A stretch of DNA of 50,287 bases, the filler included, from Sphacelaria rigidula (Eukaryota): NCBI GenBank assembly GCA_964200075.2. It is 3 parts of 3 records of this genome, joined end to end, with 100 filler letters (N's around TTAATTAATTAA, not from the genome) between each part and the next. Parts side by side here need not be neighbours in the genome. Positions count along the whole stretch, not along the records: positions 1 to 16,704 come from CAXNAA020001273.1; positions 16,805 to 33,502 come from CAXNAA020001274.1; 1 more part is not named here. One strand, 5' to 3'. The position numbers and the translations under genes are program-made. The notes beneath the pieces are model-generated. The model was not told where the DNA came from. It ran no database searches and was given only the letters and a program-made list of their open reading frames with translations. Positions 13,133-25,500 of this stretch are shown piece by piece. How positions within the stretch are numbered: position 1 is the first letter of the stretch; the number at the start of each line of letters is the position of its first letter.

Positions 13133-14700
13133 GGCGGTGTCTTCGCACATTAGTTTCCCATCGAAATTGTGCGGTGGAAAACAAAACTCCCGATCTGATA
13201 GGCTGCGATTCCAACCATCTTCAAAATTCTCAAAGGTGGTTGAAATTACGGCCTATCAGATCGGGATTTTTGTTTTCCACCGCACAATTTCGATGGAAAC
13301 CTAATGTGCTAAGACGCCGCCTAGGAGCCTTCCACAAGGATAGAAGGTCACATTTACGGGGTTTTTTTTGCAGAAATCTGATTCTGTCATTGAGATCGGT
13401 TTTTCGGGCGTGTCTGAAGCCCTGTCTTAGCACATTGTCTCAGCACATTAGTATTCGATCAAAACAGTGCGGTGGGAAACAAAAATCCTGATCTGATCGG
13501 TCATGAATTCAACCATCTTTAAAATTAACGACGATGGTTGAAGTTACGACCTATCAGATCGTATTTTTTCCTTTTCACCACACAATTCCGATCGAAAACT
13601 AGTGAGCTAAGGCCAACTCTAACGGGAGCCGTTCAAACCTCCTGTCGAAAACTGCCTTTTAGGCCCTTCTCCGTCGATTTACGCCCGAAAAGAGGGCTAG
13701 GTGGATGCTGACGCCTTGGAGCGACTTGCTCTACTCGTTGAGGTCGTTCTAGGGCAACTTTGCGTTTCCCGCTGGCTGCACTTTTGTTTCTGGTCAAATG
13801 AGGCCAAACACGGATTGTCAGTAAAAAACGGTCAGGTGATCAAAATTATCCCCCGGTTTTTTATCGCTTGAACGTTGTTGAAAATCCGTGTTTGGTCAAA
13901 TATGGAAGTGCGGCCAGCGGAAAATGCAAAGTTGCCCTGGCAAGGCCCCAAAGAGTAGAGCAAGTCGTTCCAAGGCGTCAACAATCCGCCTAGCCCTCTT
14001 TTCAGGCGTAAAACGACGAAGAAGGGCAAAAAGGGGAGTTCTGAACAAACGGCTTCCATTAGAGTCGGTCTAAGACAGGGCCTCAGCGCATTAGCTTTCG
14101 AACGAAAAAGTGCGGTGGAAAGCAAAAATCCTTATCGGATAATAAATTGTAATTTCAACCATCGTCGTTAATTTTGAACATGGTTGAAATCACAACCTAT
14201 CGGATCGGGATTTTTGTTTTCGACCGCACTTTTTCGATCGAAAAACGATGTGCTAAGACAAGGCCTTAGGCTCCTCCTTATGGCAAACAAAAAACAAGCC
14301 CTGTAAAAATGTTTTTTCCGTAGTCCTTCTTTGTTACTTTGCGCCCAAAAAGAAAGCTAGGCAGAGTTTGACACCTTGGAATGACTTGCTCTACTCGTTG
14401 AGACGGTTCAAGGACACCTTCACCTTTTCCTCTTCCGGTGCCCGCAGTTCTTATTTTTGGCCAAACTTTCATTCTTGTCCAAGAACGGTCAAGAATGGTT
14501 AAAGCCAGGGGGAAAAAACTGCGTTTTCTCTAGACTTGACCGTTTCCGGACAAAAATGCTCGTATGACCAAGGGAGATATCGCAACCACCGGGATACGCG
14601 AAGACGTCCTGGAACAGTCTCAACGAGTATATCCAGTCATTTCAAAGTGCAAAACTTCGCCTAGCTCTCTTTCAGGGCATACAACGATGAAGAAGGACCG
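13133..14700. repeat. Array of long imperfect palindromes in the order A-A-B-A-B
   Basis: Palindrome A (about 180 bp) at 13133-13321, 13438-13612 and 14081-14259. Palindrome B (about 370 bp) at 13662-14027 and 14324-14698. Confidence 0.85.
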
Positions 14701-15154
14701 AAAAAGCACATTTTACAGGACGTCCTTTTTTATTGCCATGAGGAGCGGCGGTTGGTATTTGTTTTTCAATCCCAGAAAAGTAGTACGAGCCGAGGATTTG
14801 TTTTTGCGAGATAGGCGCTCCCGGCTGGTTTTATAGAAGAAATTGCGCGCCGGGACCGAGAGATATTTTACAGCCGTACTTTTCATCCAGGGGGCGTCGA
14901 GATTAGAATCGCCTGCCGCCGCATCCCGCAGGAGAGGCGCGCGAAGGATGTTGGTGCCCTTGTTCGTCATCTGGGGGGTTATCATGGTAGCTATTTTGAA
15001 CATCCCCAGCGGCGTTTACACACTAGAACAGAATTCGCTTTGGGCCGTGAACGGGACTGTTTTTCTCAGACGTTTCCGACTTTTTCGGAAAAAAATGTTC
15101 CTGAAAAATGTGAGAGCCGATGTCTCACCCAGGTCAAATAGTAGAACAACTTGA

Positions 15155-15895
15155 CCCCTAAACCGCGAGCGTCGCCTCGGAACAGATTCACAGGTTGACA
15201 GTCCAGGGACATCCGGGGGGGTTCCATGGAGCAAGGGGGGTGATTTTCGACAGGGGGTGGGGGGCTGTTCACACAAAAGACGAAAAGCTCATCAAGTCAA
15301 CCAGGCGTGTTTGGGAGCTTCCGATGGAATATTCCAAGCCAGTAACGAGGCCCGAGAGGAGCGAAGTGACCATTCTGACCTATCACGGCTATCAATATGA
15401 TCACTTCGTTTCCCTACAGATGGACTGCACATGGAATACTTCGCTGTCTAGCCGTATTTCTCATTCTGGTCATGGCAATTTAACCATAGCTAACACGGGC
15501 GTCAACAGCGTGCTGTTACTCTGCTCATGGTCTATGCCGCCTACCTCACCCCGTATGGGTTGTTAGCATAACTTCACTCCGTCTGCGCTGTCGTTGTGGA
15601 GCACTCAGCATAGACATGAGCAGCATACAGTAGACTGTGTTCATTAGAGGACGATGGTGCGCTGACTACTTCGTGCCGCGGTATCCAGAGAAGAAATGCA
15701 GCACACATACTGACTCTGCACGCAATTGACTGCGGGATCAAAACCGGTCAGGGTTTCCCCGGGACCATCTTATATATAGATGCCCAACATCCACATGTTC
15801 ATGGGGAAAATGCGTTCTGCGTAGCAAAAAAAGACCTGTTCTTAACCCCAAAGGCGTAGTTCATCCGAGTCCGTCTGAGTGAGCTCCACGAAGGG
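15155..15895. mobile_element. piggyBac-like non-autonomous element
   Basis: Begins TTGA|CCC and ends GGG|TTAA. Both terminal regions match 40687-41420 in opposite orientation, and one end matches 33606-33790, which also ends GGG|TTAA. Confidence 0.6.
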
Positions 15896-16570
15896 TTAAG
15901 GCCGTGTCTTGGCATTTTATTTATCGATCGAAAATATGCGACAGAAAAGAAAAAAAAAACATCTGATAGCTCATCCTTCATGTCCACGCCATTCATGTTG
16001 CAATGACAATCTATCAGATGGGAATTTTCCTTTTCCGCCAAACGTCTGTCGGGGAAAGAGTTTTGGACACGGAGGCCCCGGCCCCCCGCCCCTCCCCCTC
16101 CCGGAGGGCGTTGTTTCGAAATTTACGTGATTTTTCTTCTTGTTAATATCGTCAAAGAAATTGTTCAAGAAACACAGGCGAAGAATGAAAAGTCGGGTGG
16201 GATTTGCGAGGTTCGTATGTTTGCTTCTGCTCCTTGCCCGCCCCGTTCCGACGACCTCGGATGCCGGCCACGCTCACACACATGTATGCACACGAGCGCG
16301 CGGTAGCGACAGTCTGCAGCCAAAGTACCAACGTTATCTCATGTCTCGCCAAACTTGGTCGGAGTACTAGTGGCTACTCGAGGCACACGACACGGAACAT
16401 GATCCAATAAATGTAATCGTGATAGGTGATGAGCTTGGGGGGGCGGTGTGTCCGCCATCTCAGCGGTCTCCATGCCAAGGATGTCTGTACACAGCAGCTG
16501 GCCGCATCCACCGACATCTCGGCAATAAACTAGAGGACAGCAGGCTGGGTGTCCCCCCCCCCCCATCTTT

Positions 16571-16649
16571 GCTCCGTCTCGAAAGGGATGCGTGGTCAAT
16601 TGTCACACGACTAAGGCAAGCAACAAATGAGTACGCTTCCCCCCCCCCC
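16571..16649 (+). mobile_element. Short 3'-end copy of the C-tailed LINE-like family
   Basis: GCTCCGTCTCGAAAGGGATGCGTGGTCAA..GCAAGCAACAAATGAGTACG plus poly-C, flanked on both sides by (C)n-ATCTTT. Confidence 0.7.
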
Positions 16650-16704
16650 ATCTTTAGCCTAGTCCGGCGAGAACCCGGCGTGCTCCGTCCCGGCTTTGTA
16701 GGGG

Positions 16705-16804
16705 NNNNNNNNNNNNNNNNNNNNNNNNNNNNNNNNNNNNNNNNNNNNTTAATTAATTAANNNNNNNNNNNNNNNNNNNNNNNNNNNNNNNNNNNNNNNN
16801 NNNN
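16705..16804. other. Assembly gap linker (44 N + TTAATTAATTAA + 44 N)
   Basis: Fixed 100-nt spacer with stop codons in all six frames; identical to 33503-33602. Confidence 0.97.
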
Positions 16805-17167
16805 CAACGAGAAAATGTGGGCCCAAACTTTTGAGCAGATAGGCACATTCCCCTTGGTTAGACGATTAATATGACATGCGGGTCACGGCCCAACTCGTCT
16901 GTGTCGATGAGATATTGCTTTTAGAGCTTAAATCCTTCTTCAGGCTGGCCCAGCTCGTATTCTTACAAGTGAAAGTGATGACGATTCATCAGATGATGAG
17001 ACCCTTTGACAGCCAAGTCAGGTCCTATGAATCGCGATGACTTTCATTCGAAAAAAAAGTACACAACTCAGAGCCAGGAAATAAACCACGATACCACGAG
17101 CCGAGTTTGAGATACCTTCATGTTGAAACGAGCATCTGATCAGATCGAAGAATTTCGATCCACTGCT

Positions 17168-17526
17168 GGTCGCCCCGTCTTCGGCTTGGTGGCTCAGTTG
17201 GAAACCTCGAATCCTTCTAACGGTTGTGTCGTGGGTTCGAACCTCGGAGCGATCTAGGATTCTTCCTCACACAATGCTTACCAGTGGAGAGGGATAATAT
17301 CGTGAGTGAACGAGAAAATGTAGTCAATGGTCGACGAGGGAAAGTCAGTGTTGAACCCCTCTCGCGAAAAAAAAACAAGGCATGCATCGCCGAAGGAAAG
17401 AGCACTACAAGAAAAAAATCCGAAAAACTCGTGCTTTGGCCTTCCTGTGTGACCCTCACTGATGCGCCCACATGTACCGAAATGTGTAGACCGGCGTCCG
17501 GAATAAATGGGACGACACACACACAC
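17168..17526 (+). mobile_element. tRNA-derived SINE, family 1, full length
   Basis: A-box TGGCTCAGTTGG, B-box GGTTCGAACC, conserved body (GGTCGACGAGGGAAAG; CCTGTGTGACCC) and (CA)n tail. Confidence 0.85.
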
Positions 17527-19326
17527 TGCACTTCTTCATTTGAAAATTGAACGAGTACTGTACATCAAAATTCACTTTTGGTTTGAAAATTATGACAGAG
17601 TCGCAAATGACCCACCCTGGGTGTGACAGAAGAAGCCCAACTAAAACGCACAGCACAAGATTAAATAGTACAGTTTAGTACAGTCACGTCTGCCCTCTTC
17701 CCCCAAGGCCCAGGAGTACGCCCCCCCCCTCCCTGCGTCTTGCCTCTTGTCCATGGTATCATCAAGGATCAGATATTTCGGAATCTATGAGGAACGTCAA
17801 CTTTTTTTTCCCCGGCACCTATAAAATCCGTTCACTACGACGGTGCGTCACCTGGGTTTTGGATTCATGAAAGTGAACATGATGCCAATGCAACAAATGA
17901 CCCTGCCCTTTCTAATGCACATCCTCCGAGACACCGACAACTGAAGGTTTGTCGCCGCGAACGAATTCTGTAGAGACGGTACGGCTTACATGGTGGCAAC
18001 GATCGCCCCAACACAACCAACAAAGAGAAGAACATGATATAGTAACCATGACGCTGTCTGTTCCAGTACAATCCACGTTCCCTATCTTGGATTGATTTCC
18101 TGTGCGGCTGGGTACACAAGCGGCAGCGCCTTCTCTTCATAACTTGTCCGAGTTCATTACACATGCGACGCACGCACGCACCGAAACAAAGCCACTCCGA
18201 CTCAGACCTCTCCTCCTAGCTTCCTGCCCAGTCTAAATGTTTGGGTGTTTTTTATTTCTGTTCCTGTTGTTGGGGACGGCGAGTTGTGCGGGACACGCCT
18301 TCGAGCGGCCGACTTTGCCAGTCCGGTTTTTCTCGGCGACTAATAGTGCGATTTTACTGTTGGTTCTTGCGTTGTGTGCCTCAAATGCAAATGCAGAACG
18401 CTGCGCTGGTCGTTTCAGGGAACGTCCCGCGTCGTCAGCAGAAATAAGTTTACTTACTTTTCAGGTTTTGAGAGTACGAACGATATGCGCTACAATACAA
18501 AAAGGCCAGCACTACATCCAGGTGGAGCATCCCCGAGAGAAAAGGGGTAAAACACTTTCTGAGGCCGGAGCAATACCTCTATCGGTAGGATGCGATGTAT
18601 ATGTATACGACCTCCGGAGAATTTCTTCTTTCCGAGAGAGGGGCGGGGCAGGGGGTGGTATTCAAGGTGTGGGGAGTAGCCCTGCATGTAAGGGGATAGA
18701 TAGACAGTGAGGTCGGTATTGGTATGATGTCGAAAAAGACGAAAATCAATCGCTTGGGAGGTGCTATTCAACAGGCCATGTACGGCTGACAAACGCTACA
18801 CACCAAAGGTGAGGATAGTCACGGATGTCGCTTTACCCTTCGACCGCCAGCAGAGATCATCTGTCGAATCAGCATCAATTTCACGTAAATAATGACTGCA
18901 TGACCAGATGACCTACGCTCGCGGTTCAAGGTTCAAAGGTCAAGAATCTGGCTCTAGCCACGTGTGAATTTATACCATCTCGTTCGGATACGAGTTGCGA
19001 AGGGAAATGAAGAAATGAGGACGAAGCCCGAGTCATTTCAAATCTCGCGGGAGGACTCTCCTGACTGGAAGAGTATAAAGTCTGCTGTCAGTTACATCGT
19101 GATTCCGGTGGATGAGGAGATGATCAACTCAAGCGCCGACGAGCAGTCATGAGGGTACCGCCAAGTATCGAGCAGCAAGGACAAGTTTAACTTGCGCAAC
19201 ACTGGACACGACCATTTCACGAAGCCTCAGAGTATATCGACGAATTCGAGTCCCACGGAAAAAGACTTCAGCAGTCATCGTAGACCTGCGGGCGCGCTTC
19301 GTATCGAGTTCTTCCTTTGCACCTTG

Positions 19327-19774
19327 CCGGTCGCCCCGGTGGCTCAGTTGATAAGCTCGAAACCTTCTGAAGGTTGGGTCGTGGGTTTAAATCTCGGAGC
19401 GGTCTGGGATTTTTTCTCACACCATGCCTGTGACCACGGAAGGCGTCCGCATAAGATGCCCAGTACCAATGTACCGCGCAGATATCGGAACGGCTTTTAA
19501 TGTGAAGACAACAACAACAACCATGCCTAACAGAGGAGAGCGACTATGTCGTGCGTACACAAAAATTCGACTCAACGGTCGACGAGGGAAAGGGAATGCT
19601 GGGCCCCTCTCGCGGTAAAAAAACAAAGGCAAGGACAGCAGAAGGAAGGTGGGGTATCAAACACAAATAAAAAAAGAAAAAGCTCCTGTGTGACCCCGGC
19701 TAATGCTCCACATATACCGAGAGGTGTAGACTGGCGTCCAGTATAGACGGGACGACAAAACACACAACACACAC
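19327..19774 (+). mobile_element. tRNA-derived SINE, family 1, interrupted by a 90-bp insertion
   Basis: Same head, body and CA tail as 17168-17526, with an insertion at 19430-19519. Confidence 0.85.
19430..19519 (+). mobile_element. Truncated retroelement 3' end with (CAA)n tail and 9-bp TSD
   Basis: Flanked by ACCATGCCT at 19421-19429 and 19520-19528. A second copy lies on the minus strand at 30245-30341. Confidence 0.8.
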
Positions 19775-22554
19775 GCCTTGGAAATAATCCGGGCCACGAA
19801 AAGTAGAAGAAAAACATTGCCGGGGGAGGTTGGAGGAAGTGCACGGTACAATGTGTCGAGTGAGATGGGATAACAACACACACGAGACAATGTGCAAGCA
19901 TTCGATATTACACACTTTGCGAAATGGGGGATGAGGAATCGCTTCATGGGCTGTCAAGGGCGACCAGAAATTTTTGTTTGATCTTAGTGACGAGAAAAGT
20001 TTGACTCCTGTACCTGAATTTCGCCGATCCCATAGCTTCTGAAAATTGATGCACAAAGATTGACTCTCCGATGTGGAAGGAGCTCACACAAGAATGGGCT
20101 GTCTTACCGAGGGGGCCTGTCCATCACCCCAACCCGACTTTTGACTCCCCACAATCATTATCGAACATGCGCAGTTTTGGCATAACCCAAAGGCTACTCA
20201 AAACCCGAACCCTAACCCAAGGCCGAGCGACCATTCCCGGGGAAGCGAGGTGCATGCAAATGCCGTAGGGGGAGTGTGCATCGGCAGAGCTCAACACGCG
20301 CATGCTGAGCACGGCGTCAGCACCGCGTACCTTGGAGAGATTCGAATTACTCGTCTTCACAAAAACTACGAGTATGATGAGCACTTCTCAACCATGATAA
20401 AGGGAGAAGTGCCGATGAATGTAAAAAGTCGATAAAAAATTTCCGTCGTAGAGTCACTCTGTTGTTGAGGACCCTTCCGTTGCATTCCACGGTATACCGT
20501 GCCACGATAATATTCCGTTGATTTTTTCGAATAGTTTTTTTCGGGCGGCCATCCGTCTCCTTCTCGTCCATTCGACGTTTGTAAGGTGACACGAAGAGTT
20601 TGGGTGTTTCTGTTTGAAGGTTATCGATTGTTGATTGTCGCACTTTATCCGTGTCCACCGATCCACACCATCGTCCTCCCCGTGGACACGAGCCCAATTG
20701 CCTCCCGTGCTGGAGCGCTGTAGAAGCGATTGTTACACAGATAGCTGGTTCAAGCGAAAGACTCCAGGATTGGTTGGAGCTGATGGTTTGTTAAACAAGG
20801 TTCAACTTGAAGAGTAAAATGGCACTTAGATGAATCTCCATTGTGTCAGTGATGATGGTCATCTATTTGTGTCAGTGATGACGGTCATGTAACACAGTCG
20901 GTATAGCCAGGAGGCCTAGTCGACAGCTCAACAGTGCTTAGATTCAAGGTCAACCCTGAAGCTGTGGAACTGTGCCCTGTATTGAGATCCAAACTGATTA
21001 CCTAGTTGCGGGGCTCTACACGACGTTGGAGCACTGTCACGGAAAGCACGTGGATGGAGATGAGACATATGTAGGCAACACGTTCGGGGTGTTGGATCTA
21101 GCAGCTGACCCGGGGTGGGAAGGCTGCACACTCCCTGCGAGACCAAATGCACAGCAACATGAGCTGCAGGCCGATAAGAATCGGAATAGACAAAACTCGT
21201 ACAACCGAGGGTTCTTGCTTTGTTTTATGTTGGGTATGTCCACCATGTGAGCACCACTATGCCATTGATTCGTCTCAGCGTTCCTCGAGTCTTAGCCAAA
21301 CACTCATTTCAGTGGGAGAAGTCAACATGTATGGTTTACTGTTTGTGCTAAACTGTACGGACTGTGGCGTTGTTTAGTCTCCGTGGAGTATGCTATACAG
21401 AAAGGTGTACTCGTAGACTGGCGTTCAGAACAGATGGGATGACAGTACACACAACAGTATGCTGGACAGTGTATTGTAGCCCTGTACTGACTGTACTGTG
21501 TAGTTCCGCGAGAGAGAAAGGAGGAAGATGAGATGGGGCTGATGAAGCACTGGAAGACAGGCTATTCGCGGTAAACATGCTAGACGAGGCTGTGTGCATA
21601 AGCGCGTTGATGAGTGTGGGTGTCGACGTCGATATCAGAGGCACAGAAAACCGTGCAAGAAAACGAAGACGGAATGGGTCATCACAAGGAGTAACTGCTT
21701 CCATGTCAATTACCGCATGACCTGCACAAAACCCAAAAGATACGAGTGGGGGTTCCGAAGCAATGTTGCTTGTTCTGTACTCCCCCTCACATGCGACAAA
21801 CAGTCGATCGATAGACGATCAATGCCGCATCTCAGGATACACGCGAACACTTTACTTCACCATCATAAGGTGGCGTGTCTGCGCTTTACGAGTCGATCAG
21901 CCATGCGGAGGGAGTACCGATGAAGGATGCGGTCGGTTTGCTGCTCACAGAATCTTTCTTCTTTACTGCAATCCATTTCGCAATACTAATAATAGAGAGA
22001 GAACGGCGAGCACGGATTTCATAGCTCCTCTTGGTCTTCTAGTGTCAAGTGGGATTGTAAAGCATATCACCGACAGTCATCTAAGCACAGTTTGCCTCTG
22101 CTCTCCTCGTGCCATGCCCTCACCTTTCTTCCCTTTCAGCTACGCCTGATTGTCGCCTTCCTCTCCTTGATCGCTGCTGACGGAGCACGCCCAACTGTTC
22201 ACGAGGGGTGCGAACGTGCTCCAAAACTGACAGCAGTCACGTTTTCCAGAGCGACCGACGGATCATGGGAGAGTGAAACGGAGACGCTGGTGGTGATAAC
22301 GATCTACGAAGAACCTCGCTAACCATTATACCCGAAGTTGGCCAGAAATATCAAGTATCACAAGGTATACCTGAACCTGAACGGTCAAATTCACTTCTTC
22401 ATTATCTCCTTCAGACCCGTAGTCATATTGCAGAAGGTAAATGGGCTATGACTATCTCAACATCATGTGGGGCATGCCTCCTATCGTTTGCACGTGTCCC
22501 ACGCACACCCACAGTCCCACACAGAAGAGACAGTACGAGGAATTAGGAAGATAG

Positions 22555-25500
22555 ATGGAAATATCACTGGCGATCAAGGACGCAAGAAGGAAGGGAGGGA
22601 GGCGTTGTAGCGGGAAAATCATGGCACGTCGACGAACACGCAAAGCTTCCGCATTTGTGCTTCTCCTGTCGACGTTCTTGTTGCAGGTAGCCCAACCGCA
22701 CCAGGTCAACACAGCATCTCTAGCCACAGCCAAAGCAGCAGTAGCAACAACAACGCGGTACCCCCCACATCAATCTCCAAGCAGACCACCACCAACAGAA
22801 GCAACAAAAACGAGCCAAAATACCGAGCATTATAATGGGCAGCAGCGGAGCACATTGCGCAAGTACCAGGGGCAGCGAAGCACATCGCCGCGCGGTATCC
22901 CTCCTAGCGGTAGTATTGCAGTCGTGCTCAGGGGCGGACGGTCCGAGCGGTGTGCGGCGGTGACAGATGATACCATTGCCCTGGATTGCACGGGGGACGA
23001 GGAGGAGGATGAAGACGGGGTTGGGCAGGGGGATGAGGGGGACGAAGAGAGGGTGGGCTACGATGAGAAAGCTGTTGAATGGATGATGCAGCAGCTGTGC
23101 ATGTATCAGACGCGTACCGCGTTCATCTCTGGGCCTCTGGCGGCGAAGGTAGATCGTGGTGTTTAATTTTGATGGTCATTTTCGGAACATTTTCCTTTCT
23201 CTGTTGCAGCTGGGTATGATGACCATTTGCAGAATAATTTACCTTCCTTACTTCAACCAAGGGCTCCCAAAAAAAACTCCGACACCCCCATTTACGCCCC
23301 CCCCTGCTCCTTGCGGCTGTCGCAGTTTTTTTTTTCACATCAAGGAACGCTCAATAAATAGCCATTTTGGGGCGACTTGGATGAGATAGCGCCCATGATT
23401 GTTGGCCCTATTTGCCACCACAAGATGCGACACACATTGGACGCAAATTGGCGATGCAGATAGATGCGCTGAGGCCGTGCCTTTTGAAGAAAAAATTGAC
23501 TCGAAAACATGCGGTCGAATCGAACTGGTCGTTATGAGGCCGAATCTAATACGTCCACGGCATTTATGTTCCTACATGGCTTCAACTCCATTTTGTAATT
23601 AGTTGCGCGCGACGGGCAGGGTCCAAAACAGAAAAGCTTACGAAACGAGCGGTGGAATGAACGAAGAGGCACGTAACTCCCATGTTGCAGACAACAGTGC
23701 CAGATACTACCCTTTCACAAAGGTACGCAAAACCCAAATGGTTCACTCGCAGCCACCTACTCAACCTTGCGGCACAGATCACGAACTGAACGCAGGCATA
23801 CATACACTGCAGCGAGGGATAGAAACCGATATCACCACTGTTTAGCCATGATGTGTTCCTTTTTGTTGGCGAAGACTTGAGCATCTAATTTTGTGGCAGG
23901 GTCCACCGACGGAGTTGCGTGTCGGGGTGGGCGATCGAATTGCCAACGCACTCATGGGCAGTAGAGGCGGTAAAAAACTGCACATGGTTCAAATCTGCTT
24001 CGCATCCTCCTGTACACAGAGAGTCAAAAAGCTGTGCTGTCTGTCAAATTTGCTGTATGTCGCGTTGCCCTCTTCTTTTCCACCTCGCGGCTGCATGCTG
24101 CGCGAAACACACAAACTATGTATCCAACACAACAGTAGTACAGGCCGCCACTGTTGTTGTACAGTCTGTATGTTTGTACTGTATATAGGTGGAGAAGTAC
24201 CCATGTTGCAGACAATCCTGCCAGATACTACCCTTTCACAGAATTACGCAAAACCCAAATGGTTCATTCGCAGCTAGTTACGTACCCAACCCTGCGGCAT
24301 AGATCACGAACTCAGCACGGGGATATAAACTGCAGAAGTGATGGGAAACCGACACCACCACACTTTGAGCATGATGTGTATCTTCTTGTTGGCAAAAGCT
24401 TGGGCATCTAATCCTGTGGCAGGGTCCACCCACGGGTTCGCGTGTCGGGGCGGGCGATGAAAAAATGCACGTGGTTCAAATCCGCTTCGCATGCTCCTGT
24501 ACGCAGAGAGTCAGGAAGCTGTGTTGTCTGTCAAATCTGCTGTGTGTCGCGTTGCCCGCTTATTTTCCACATTGCGCTCGCATGCTGTGCGAAACACACA
24601 CCACGTGGACAACAGTACAGTACAGGCCGCCACTGCTGTACAGTCTGTACTGTATATTGATTATAAGTGAAGAAGTACCGCTTCACGAATTCAGCTTCGC
24701 CTTTTCGATCCAAAGCGTGCAAATTCGCTTGAACCCAAACATAGAAAAGCGAAGTCAATCAATTCCGCCGCTCGTTCGAGTCGGAAAAAAAATGATAAGA
24801 CACCGCCTAAGCTTGATTGAGCAAGCACTGCAGAGCATTGTGGTATTTGTCTGGTCTTGTTCTGGTCGTGAAAGTGTGAGATGCAATTGGTTGCCGAAAC
24901 CCATAAATATAACTTGGCCTGACTTGGCTCCGACGGAATATGAGGAATGAAAGCTGCATAAACACGAATTTTATGTTTCACGCCTCGAAACCTTCTGACG
25001 GTTAGATCGTGGGTTAAAAAAAAGTCGACTTCACGGTCGACGAGGGAAAGAGAGTGCCGAACCCCTCTCGCGATATAAAATATTGTCAATCACCGCAGAA
25101 GAAAGGTGAAGTACTAGAAACAAACGAAAAAAAAACTCCTGTGCTCGGCCTTCCTTCTGTGTGACCCTGACTGGTGCGCCCACATATACCGAATGATGTA
25201 GACCGGCGTCCAGAATAGATGGGACGACAACATACACAAAAATGTACTTTTCGTTTTTTTTATTATTCATTATTTTCATATTTGTTATTATTCATGTATG
25301 AGATTCAATATTTCCCCCCACCACACCCCCGTAAAACTCCAGGATTCAAAAAGCGGCATAGGGTCTGGGATTTGGGGGGGGGACACCCTTGCTCCAACTG
25401 ATGTTCGTGTATGGTGCTCTCCCTGCTCAGGCTCCCTCCAATACATTTGTCATTATATTCGATTTGAAATATGTTCATAACCCGACGACTGGCCTTCCTC

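Noticed and set aside
16749..16760. TTAATTAATTAA palindrome inside N runs (also 33547-33558)
   Set aside because: Artificial scaffold linker of fixed layout, not biological sequence. Adjacency across the gaps is also unproven.
17168..17245. tRNA genes at SINE heads (also 19327, 30100-30166, 31435-31500, 39519, 46095, 50221)
   Set aside because: A and/or B boxes are present but the acceptor stems and cloverleaves are broken, and several continue into a shared SINE body.
20200..20220. AACCCGAACCCTAACCC telomere-like motif
   Set aside because: Only about three degenerate units, too short to call an interstitial telomere.
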